Shown piece by piece: positions 9,225-16,253 of a stretch of DNA of 64,000 bases. Made by a program: the position numbers and the translations under genes. Each line of letters opens with the position of its first letter. Positions within the stretch are counted from its first letter, which is position 1. The notes below the pieces were generated by a model. That model was not told where the DNA came from and did no database searches. It saw only the letters and a program-made list of their open reading frames with translations. The stretch is from Candidatus Buchananbacteria bacterium (GTDB taxonomy: Bacteria; Patescibacteriota; Patescibacteriia; 2-01-FULL-39-33), in the NCBI GenBank assembly GCA_030650095.1, contig JAUSEE010000002.1:6711-70710 (forward strand), in the 5' to 3' direction.

Positions 9225-9524
9225 ATGACTAAATATTATTATATTTATATTCTAACCAATAAACATAATAGAGTATTATATATAGGTGTAACCAATAATT
9301 TAATCAAAAGAGTTTGGGAGCATAAAAATAAAATAAATAACAATTCATCTTTTACTAGAAGATATAATATTGATAAATTAGTCTATTATGAATAGAGTGA
9401 ATCAGTCCATAATGCTATTGCTAGAGAAAAACAGTTAAAAGGAGGATCTAGAAAACAAAAGGTAGATTTGATAAATACTTTAAATCCGGAGTGGAAAGAT
9501 CTTTATATAGAAATGACAAAATAG
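9225..9524 (+). pseudogene. Small GIY-YIG nuclease family gene with an in-frame TAG (nonsense-disrupted)
   Basis: Frame translation MTKYYYIYILTNKHNRVLYIGVTNNLIKRVWEHKNKINNNSSFTRRYNIDKLVYYE*SESVHNAIAREKQLKGGSRKQKVDLINTLNPEWKDLYIEMTK; GIY...YIG...R...E...N layout of the short COG2827-type proteins; TAG at 9393-9395. Confidence 0.7.
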
Positions 9525-9544
9525 TGCCATTATTAGGCCTTACT

Positions 9545-9643
9545 GTCATTGCGAGCCTGCCTGTCGGCAGACAGGCTTGTGAAGCAATCCTATGGTTGTA
9601 GGATACGAGATTGCTTCGGTCGCTGTGGCTCCCTCGCAATGAC
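9545..9643 (+). repeat. Family-1 nested-palindrome element, copy 5
   Basis: gtcattgcgag cctgcctgtcggcagacaggcttgt gaagcaatcc tatggttgtaggatacgag attgcttc ggtcgctgtggctcc ctcgcaatgac. Confidence 0.75.
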
Positions 9644-9672
9644 AAGTAGAATCACTATAAATAGCAAAAGTC

Positions 9673-9718
9673 GTCATTGCGAGCCTGCCTGTCGGCAGAC
9701 AGGCTTGTGAAGCAATCC
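9673..9718 (+). repeat. Family-1 element, 5' half only (copy 6)
   Basis: Identical to the first 46 nt of copy 5, truncated 27 nt before the receiver gene start. Confidence 0.65.
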
Positions 9719-9744
9719 ATATTTATTAATTAAAATATAACATC

Positions 9745-10113
9745 ATGAAGAAAAAGATATTAATAGTGGAAGATGACAATTTTTTACAAAAAGCCCTGGG
9801 GCATGCCTTGTTAGAGAATGATTTCGATATTATTTCGGCTGTAAGCGGCGAGCAAGCAGTTCCCTTGGCTAAAAACGCTAAACCGGATTTGATTCTACTG
9901 GATATAATTTTGCCCAAAAAAGACGGTTTCGTGATAATGGAGGAATTAAAAAATGATTCGGCCATAGCTTCCATACCGGTAATATTTATCACTAATCTGG
10001 GGCAGAAGGAGGATGTTAAAAAAGGCTTGGATTTGGGAGCAAAAGGTTATATTATCAAAGCTCATTTTAAGATAGCTGATATTATTGATAAGATAAATGA
10101 AGTTTTAAAATAA
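9745..10113 (+). CDS. Single-domain response regulator (receiver only, CheY-like)
   Basis: ILIVEDD...LILLDIILPKKDGF...KGYIIK; no output domain. Confidence 0.85.
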   Translation: MKKKILIVEDDNFLQKALGHALLENDFDIISAVSGEQAVPLAKNAKPDLILLDIILPKKDGFVIMEELKNDSAIASIPVIFITNLGQKEDVKKGLDLGAKGYIIKAHFKIADIIDKINEVLK

Positions 10114-10130
10114 TAATCACATAATCATAA

Positions 10131-10250
10131 AATACGAGATTGCTTCGTTGCACTTTGTTTCGCTCGCAATGACAAGGATATAGAACTCCCTCGCAATGAC
10201 AGGAAAGAACGTCATTGCGATCCGCCCTGGGCGGAGAAGCAATCCCATGG
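10131..10250 (+). repeat. Family-1 element fragments (3' half + 5' half, rearranged; copy 7)
   Basis: aatacgag attgcttc ... ctcgcaatgac ... ctcgcaatgac ... gtcattgcga tccgccctgggcgga gaagcaatccc. Confidence 0.6.
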
Positions 10251-10286
10251 TTATAAAGCACTTACTATTAATGCAATTATAAGTAT

Positions 10287-10661
10287 ATGAAAAAAATTTT
10301 AGTCATAGAAGACGACAATATACTGCAAAGCGCTATCTCTACTGCTCTAAAAGATGCCGGTTTTAGCACGGTTCAATCTTTTGACGGCGTAGACGGATTA
10401 AAAAAAGCCAAGAAAAACAATATCAATTTAATTTTATTGGATTTACTTATGCCCAAAAAAGACGGCTGGGAAGTTTTAAAAATGCTTAAAAAAGATAATA
10501 AAACCAAGAATATTCCGGTTTTTGTCTTAACAGTTTATGAGGGCGAGAACAGCATTTCTAAGTGTTTGTCTTTGGGCGCCAAAGGTTATTTTATCAAATC
10601 AAAATATTCGCTGGATGAAATAATAAAAAATATAAAAAATGAAATTGGCAAGGCTAAATAA
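10287..10661 (+). CDS. Single-domain response regulator (receiver only)
   Basis: ILVIEDDN...LILLDLLMPKKDGW...KGYFIK. Confidence 0.85.
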   Translation: MKKILVIEDDNILQSAISTALKDAGFSTVQSFDGVDGLKKAKKNNINLILLDLLMPKKDGWEVLKMLKKDNKTKNIPVFVLTVYEGENSISKCLSLGAKGYFIKSKYSLDEIIKNIKNEIGKAK

Positions 10662-10671
10662 ATAATCAGAT

Positions 10672-10706
10672 AATAAGACGGCTTAGACTAGCCGTCTTAT
10701 TTAATA
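10672..10706 (+). terminator. Rho-independent terminator
   Basis: taagacggct taga ctagccgtctta followed by tttaatatt. Confidence 0.55.
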
Positions 10707-10808
10707 TTAGCTGTTTGGTTTATTTTTTAAATAAGTGTTATAATAATAAAAGAACATAACAAAAATTGCATAATAAAAATTAGAAATTAATTAAATATTT
10801 GTTTTAAT

Positions 10809-11465
10809 TTGATAATTTTTATGTTTAGAAAATATTTCATTATTTTAACCGTTTATTTAATCGGTTTGGCTTCTTTGGCGATCATAGTGGCTTGGATTTT
10901 TGATATTACTGTGGTTTTATCTATTTTGCCTGGCTTTATCACTATAAAATTCAGTACCGCCTTAGCTTTCTTTTTAAGCTCGCTTATCTTGTATTTTGCT
11001 TATTATTCCCCTCAAGGCAGGTTTGCCAATCTGAATTTAATTATTGTTTCATTTTCCATCTTAATTATTTGGATTATGATGATAACAATTTTAGTTTCTA
11101 TTATTTTTGGTTTCAAAAGCGGTATAGAAAATTTGTTTATTATTGATACAACCATAGCTACTAACCCCTATGTACCCGGGAGACCATCACTAGGCACTAT
11201 AGTCGCTTTTTTACTCATTACCATTTTAGGCCTTAATATTTTTTACGAAGGAAAGTGGAAAAATCAGCTATTTTTATTTCTTGGATCTTTAGTGTTTCTA
11301 ATCGGAGCAGTGTCTAAGATCGGCCTAATATTGGCCGTGCCTGTTTTGTATTATGACGTTCCTTCTATTAGCAATGCTATTTCCATACCGGCCAGCATTC
11401 TTTTTATGTTTATCGGGCTGGCCTTTTCTCTGCTTTATAAAATAAATCCCAAACGCCAAGCATGA
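10809..11465 (+). CDS. Polytopic membrane protein translationally coupled to the downstream histidine kinase
   Basis: 218 aa, ~6 TM helices; its stop overlaps the HK start (ATGA at 11462-11465). Confidence 0.5.
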   Translation: MIIFMFRKYFIILTVYLIGLASLAIIVAWIFDITVVLSILPGFITIKFSTALAFFLSSLILYFAYYSPQGRFANLNLIIVSFSILIIWIMMITILVSIIFGFKSGIENLFIIDTTIATNPYVPGRPSLGTIVAFLLITILGLNIFYEGKWKNQLFLFLGSLVFLIGAVSKIGLILAVPVLYYDVPSISNAISIPASILFMFIGLAFSLLYKINPKRQA

Positions 11466-13684
11466 AATTATTCACTCAATTAGTTACATTATTCATAGGC
11501 TTAACCCTTATTCCTTTAATATTTGTCGGCTTGCTTACTTATGCCAATACCAAAGGCGTTATTACTGATCAGATAATGGCTCAGTTGGTTTCTATTGCTG
11601 ATATTAAGAAAAATCAGATGAACCAGGTTATTGATGCTTATCTGGCAGATGTGGAAGAGTTAGCTTTACGAAATTATTTGCGCCTTAATTTAGAGGAGTA
11701 TAATCAAAATCCCACCATCGAACTGGCCTCGTCTATTGAAGCTAATATTTTCGATAGCTTGATATCTTCCCCTGAAATTGTTTCTATTGCCATTAAAGAT
11801 TCAAAAGGAAAAACAGTAGCTTCTGTGGGGGATGATTATGTGGAGCCGTTAGTAAACACAAAACAGTCGCCGGCTATAGAGAATATTTTTATGAATAGCC
11901 AAGGCATTCCTCGCGTTTTGCTTAGAAGTCCTATTATTGTAAATAATTCTACTATCGGATCCGTTGAGGTAGTAAGCAAAATTGATCCCTTTCGTATAAT
12001 AGCCGGTGATTATTCGGGCTTAGGCCAGTCGGGCGAGGTTTTAATAGCCAAGAAAAACGAAGCTGGTGATGCTCTTTTTTTAACGCCCATACGCTTTGAT
12101 CAAGGTGCCGCTCTAAAGCGGATTGTTAAAAAAGACAGAACCGATGTACCCTCTACCCATGCTGTTTCCGGCGAAGAAGCCTTTTTTCTGTCTGGCATGG
12201 TTGATTATCGCGGGGTTCCTGTTTTGGCGGTTACCAGGTTTATTGACAGACAAGGTTGGGGTATTGTGGTTAAAATAGATCGTGATGAAGTTTTTCAGCC
12301 ACTTACCAGCATATTGTTAACCTTTATTGTCATTATCACTACCACCCTTTTAGCGGTTGTTTTAGTAGCGGTTTTTGTGGCGCGCGCCATAACCAAGCCA
12401 ATCAGTCAATTATCCCAGGCGGCTGGAAAATTATCCCAAGGCAATTTTACCGCGGCTATAGAAATCATAAGTTATTATCCCAGCAATGAAATAGGCGTAA
12501 TGGCTAAGGCTTTTACTAAAATGGCATCCCAACTCAAAGAATTATACAGAAATTTAGAGGCCAAAGTGAAAGAGAGGACGCATGATTTAGAAAAATTCGA
12601 ATTGGCTGTGGATAGCGCCTATGATCAAATAGTTATTACTAATCCCGATGGCTTGATCTTGCATGCCAACAAATCCATAGAAAGGATTACCGGTTTTAAA
12701 TTAAAAGAGGTTTTAGGCCGGAAAGTCGGATCAAGGGAATTGTGGGGTGGACAAATGGGACCGGATTTTTATAAAAAATTATGGAAAACAATCAAAATAG
12801 ATAAAAAAACTTTTTCCGGAGAATTAATAAACCATCGCAAGAACGGTGATAATTATAATGTGCTGGTTAGGATTTCGCCGGTTTTGGATGATAAAAACCG
12901 GGTTGTTTATTTTGTGGGCATTGAAAGGGATATTACCAAGGAAAAAGAAGTGGATAAAATGAAAACCGAATTTGTCTCGGTGGCTTCGCATCAGCTTAGA
13001 ACGCCACTCACTGCCATTAGGTGGTATGTCGAGGAAGTTTACAACGGTGAACTGGGCAAGTTAAATAAAAATCAAAAAGATTATCTTAAACAGATACTGG
13101 AATCAAATGAGAGGATGATCAGGCTGGTTAATGATCTCTTGAATGTTTCCAGATTGGAAAGCGGTCGGGTAACTGTTGAACCTGTTTTAACTGATTTAGT
13201 TGAATTGATTGGCACCGTAGTTAACGAATGCGGTATATTAGCTAAGGCTAAAAATTGCCAATTGAATTTTATCAAACCAAAAAGCAAGATATCCAAAATA
13301 AAAATAGACCCAGTTTTAATCGCGCAAGTTATAAATAATTTGGTTTCCAATTCCCTTAAATATTCCAAGTCCAGCGGTGAAAAATGTTCAGTGGTAATTG
13401 ATTTGTCTAAAAAAGACCCAAATGTTATCATTAGCGTAAAAGATAACGGCATTGGCATACCTTCTGGTCTTCAGAATCGTGTTTTTGATAAGTTTTTTAG
13501 GGCCGACAATGCCATTAAATCAGAAACCGAGGGCACCGGCCTGGGTCTTTACATTTCCAAGATGGTGGTGGAAGCATCGGGTGGAAAAATCTGGTTTGAA
13601 TCCAGCGAAGATGGAACAACTTTCACTTTTACCTTGCCGCTCTCTGGCAGTCCGGCGCGCAAAGGTGAAAAAGGCTTATCTTAA
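11462..13684 (+). CDS. Membrane sensor histidine kinase (extracytoplasmic sensor domain, HAMP, PAS, HisKA, HATPase_c)
   Basis: N-terminal TM + ~280-aa periplasmic-like domain + second TM; SHQLRTPLTAIRWYVEEV H-box; GTGLGLYISKMVV G2 box. Confidence 0.85.
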   Translation: MKLFTQLVTLFIGLTLIPLIFVGLLTYANTKGVITDQIMAQLVSIADIKKNQMNQVIDAYLADVEELALRNYLRLNLEEYNQNPTIELASSIEANIFDSLISSPEIVSIAIKDSKGKTVASVGDDYVEPLVNTKQSPAIENIFMNSQGIPRVLLRSPIIVNNSTIGSVEVVSKIDPFRIIAGDYSGLGQSGEVLIAKKNEAGDALFLTPIRFDQGAALKRIVKKDRTDVPSTHAVSGEEAFFLSGMVDYRGVPVLAVTRFIDRQGWGIVVKIDRDEVFQPLTSILLTFIVIITTTLLAVVLVAVFVARAITKPISQLSQAAGKLSQGNFTAAIEIISYYPSNEIGVMAKAFTKMASQLKELYRNLEAKVKERTHDLEKFELAVDSAYDQIVITNPDGLILHANKSIERITGFKLKEVLGRKVGSRELWGGQMGPDFYKKLWKTIKIDKKTFSGELINHRKNGDNYNVLVRISPVLDDKNRVVYFVGIERDITKEKEVDKMKTEFVSVASHQLRTPLTAIRWYVEEVYNGELGKLNKNQKDYLKQILESNERMIRLVNDLLNVSRLESGRVTVEPVLTDLVELIGTVVNECGILAKAKNCQLNFIKPKSKISKIKIDPVLIAQVINNLVSNSLKYSKSSGEKCSVVIDLSKKDPNVIISVKDNGIGIPSGLQNRVFDKFFRADNAIKSETEGTGLGLYISKMVVEASGGKIWFESSEDGTTFTFTLPLSGSPARKGEKGLS

Positions 13685-13711
13685 AATAAAATACAAAATA
13701 ATAACAAGTTT

Positions 13712-14092
13712 ATGGCCAAGAAAAAATCATACAAAATCCTGGTAGTGGAAGATGAACCGGCTCTCCAGCAAACATTGGGGGATAAAATCAAACGCGAGGG
13801 TTGGGAGTATATCCCATCTTTAAACGGCGAAGAGGGCTTAAGGACGATTAAGAAATCACAGCCTGATTTGATTATTTTGGATTTGCTTATGCCCAAAATG
13901 AGCGGATTGGAGATGTTAAAAGAAGTGCGAAAAATTTATGATAAGCAGGATTTGCCGGTGATAATTTTGACTAATTACAGCGAAGGCCAGAATGTCAGCG
14001 AAGCCATAGCTTTGGGAGCTGATATTTTCCTAGTTAAAGCCAATTATTCCCTGGAAGAAATTATTGAAAAGATAAGAGAGGTTTTGGATTAA
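13712..14092 (+). CDS. Single-domain response regulator (receiver only)
   Basis: ILVVEDEPAL...LIILDLLMPKMSGLE. Confidence 0.85.
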   Translation: MAKKKSYKILVVEDEPALQQTLGDKIKREGWEYIPSLNGEEGLRTIKKSQPDLIILDLLMPKMSGLEMLKEVRKIYDKQDLPVIILTNYSEGQNVSEAIALGADIFLVKANYSLEEIIEKIREVLD

Positions 14093-14113
14093 ATAATAAT
14101 ATCTACATCAGAA

Positions 14114-14506
14114 GTGATGATAGCAGAGAACAAAATAAAACCGGATTGTAAGATTTTATTAGCCGAAGGCGACAGATTCTTATCGAAAGTTATCAGCAAT
14201 AAGCTGCTGCGGCGCGGTTTCTGCCTGTCTTTGGCTAATGACGGCTTGGAAGCTATGGCTAAAATAAAGACCGAACAGTTTGATTTGGTTTTACTGGATT
14301 TAACTTTAAGCAAGAAAAACGGCTTGGAAGTTTTGGCCGAATTAAAGAAAGATAAGAAATTAAAAATAAAAATCGTGGTTTTGTTAAGCTTAAGCAAAAC
14401 CAGCGACATAGAAAAAATAAAAAAATTAGGCATTACCGATTATATTATTAAAAGTGATTTGTCTATAAATACGCTGGCGGATAAAGTGGGAGAATTGATC
14501 AAATAA
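14114..14506 (+). CDS. Single-domain response regulator (receiver only, divergent)
   Basis: KILLAEGD...LVLLDLTLSKKNGLE...DYIIKS. Confidence 0.8.
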   Translation: MMIAENKIKPDCKILLAEGDRFLSKVISNKLLRRGFCLSLANDGLEAMAKIKTEQFDLVLLDLTLSKKNGLEVLAELKKDKKLKIKIVVLLSLSKTSDIEKIKKLGITDYIIKSDLSINTLADKVGELIK

Positions 14507-14603
14507 CAAAAAAGAAGGGGGGATAGCGCTGGTAGCTATTTTTATGTTATAATTAAAAAGCATATTTGTATGCTTAATTTTAGAAAGTAAATAAAAATAG
14601 ATT

Positions 14604-14999
14604 ATGCTGGGCCTAAAAAAACAAACAGCTAACAAGAAAGTCTTGCTGGTAGAGGATGATTCCCTTCTGGCTAACATATTAATGGATTCACTGGTTCGCG
14701 AAAAGTTTGACGCCGTTAACATAAAAGACGGCTTAGGGGTAATGGAGGCGGCTCAAAAGTTTAAGCCCGATATTGTTTTATTGGATTTGATTTTGCCGGG
14801 CCTGGACGGCTTTGAAGTCCTGAGGCAACTGAAAGCTGACAGCAAATTGAAAAGCGTGCCGGTTTTTATAATCTCTAATTTAGACAGCATTTCTGAGGTT
14901 AAATCGGCCAAAGCTTTGGGGGCGGAAGATTATTTTATCAAAGCCAATACCGATATAGAAAAAATCATAAAAGTAGTCAAAAAACGAATTAATAAGTAA
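14604..14999 (+). CDS. Single-domain response regulator (receiver only)
   Basis: VLLVEDDS...IVLLDLILPGLDGFE...DYFIKA. Confidence 0.85.
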   Translation: MLGLKKQTANKKVLLVEDDSLLANILMDSLVREKFDAVNIKDGLGVMEAAQKFKPDIVLLDLILPGLDGFEVLRQLKADSKLKSVPVFIISNLDSISEVKSAKALGAEDYFIKANTDIEKIIKVVKKRINK

Positions 15000-15058
15000 T
15001 ACCTATGCCACTAAGCGCGGATAAGGAGGAAAAAAAGCCCAGCGTAAAAGGAAACAAG

Positions 15059-15415
15059 ATGATTCTGATAGTGGAAGACGATCAGGTTCTTTTGAGGGTG
15101 ATGTATCTGTTTTTAAAGAGAAGATCCGGTTTTGCCATAGCTACCGCCAGCGATGGCGATACGGCCTTGAAAATGGCCCAAAGGCTTAAACCGAATGTTA
15201 TTTTATTAGATCTGATTCTGCCAAAAATGGATGGTTTTTCGGTCTTAAAATCACTTAAATCCGATCCGATGATGAAAGACATACCAGTGATAGTTTTATC
15301 CAATTTGGGGGATACCGGCGACATTGATAAAGCCAAAGATCTGGGCGCGGCTGATTATTTTGTCAAAGCCAATACCGATTTAGCCGTTATTTTGGAAAAA
15401 ATAAAAAATTATTAA
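15059..15415 (+). CDS. Single-domain response regulator (receiver only)
   Basis: Start moved to ATG 15059 (MILIVEDDQ, AAGGA 8 nt upstream); VILLDLILPKMDGFS...DYFVKA. Confidence 0.8.
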   Translation: MILIVEDDQVLLRVMYLFLKRRSGFAIATASDGDTALKMAQRLKPNVILLDLILPKMDGFSVLKSLKSDPMMKDIPVIVLSNLGDTGDIDKAKDLGAADYFVKANTDLAVILEKIKNY

Positions 15416-15424
15416 TTTAACCAT

Positions 15425-16249
15425 ATGCTCCAAACTCGTTGGTTGAATCTGGTGCTTCTGCTGACCAACAGGATTTATGAGCAAAAACAACAAGTTATCA
15501 GGAGGTCTGGCCTAAGTGCCATACTTAATGTTTTCAATTTGGTTTTACTAGAGCTTTTCTTGGGTCTAATTTCCTTCCCGCTTTATCTGGGCATGAGAGC
15601 CGGAAAAGTCTCTACTTTTTTGGAGGATAAAAGCGGTTATGAAAAAATAACTTTTGATTATAACTTACGCCGCGTCCTGACTTTAACCAGCGCGAGCGTT
15701 ATTTTTTTTATTTGGCTGGTTAAGCTTTCGGTGATTGTCTTGGCGCCCACTTTTTTCGGGCCGATACAGCTTTATTCGGTTTCTGATTTGAGGCCGGTGG
15801 ACCTCTTGGAAAAAGAAATAATCGTGGCCGAAACTCGTATTCAGACAGCCCGGGTTTTGGATCAAATGACTGTGCCCGAGCTTAAAAAAGTGGATAAATT
15901 AAGAGGCGGCAATTATCGTTTTTACGGCACCGGCCAGCCCCAAACCAAGGTAGTTTTACTGGTGGCTGATACTCAAACGCTTATTTTAATCGGCGATACT
16001 GACGATAAAGGCAATTGGCAGGTGGATTTAATTAGAAGTGAATTCAAATTAAGCGCAGGCAACCATTCCGTTTTGGTTTTTAATTTTGATGAAGCTAAAG
16101 AGGTTCGTAGCCAAGTATCATACAAGCAATATTTTAAATCAAAAGATACTCTAATTGATCAATTGGTAAAGAACACTGATATTTTTATCAATTCATCAAT
16201 AATAATCGTTATAATCTTGGGCATTCTCTTAACTGTCTTAACTCTTTAA
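15425..16249 (+). CDS. Membrane protein whose N-terminal ~60 aa are paralogous to the N-terminus of the downstream giant protein
   Basis: MLQTRWLNLVLLLTNRIYEQKQQV...LELFLGLISFPLYLGM versus MSERWLNLFLKLSGFIFNTKQKV...FELGFAIISLPMYLIV in the 16254 ORF; C-terminal TM. Confidence 0.5.
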   Translation: MLQTRWLNLVLLLTNRIYEQKQQVIRRSGLSAILNVFNLVLLELFLGLISFPLYLGMRAGKVSTFLEDKSGYEKITFDYNLRRVLTLTSASVIFFIWLVKLSVIVLAPTFFGPIQLYSVSDLRPVDLLEKEIIVAETRIQTARVLDQMTVPELKKVDKLRGGNYRFYGTGQPQTKVVLLVADTQTLILIGDTDDKGNWQVDLIRSEFKLSAGNHSVLVFNFDEAKEVRSQVSYKQYFKSKDTLIDQLVKNTDIFINSSIIIVIILGILLTVLTL

Positions 16250-16253
16250 ACAT

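Noticed and set aside
9393-9395. In-frame TAG in the GIY-YIG gene as evidence of stop-codon reassignment (alternative genetic code)
   Set aside because: TAG terminates well-supported genes in the same window (HIT at 35440-35442; PEGA-domain gene at 36367-36369). All other long ORFs read normally with code 11. A single nonsense mutation (pseudogene) is the simpler explanation.
9073-10250. Clustered repeats beginning GTCATTGCGAG considered as a CRISPR array
   Set aside because: Repeat units are 67-145 nt with internal nested palindromes. Spacing is irregular (0 to 330 nt), lengths differ, and partial and rearranged halves occur. No cas genes are present. The pattern fits a MITE-like or structured-repeat family, not CRISPR.
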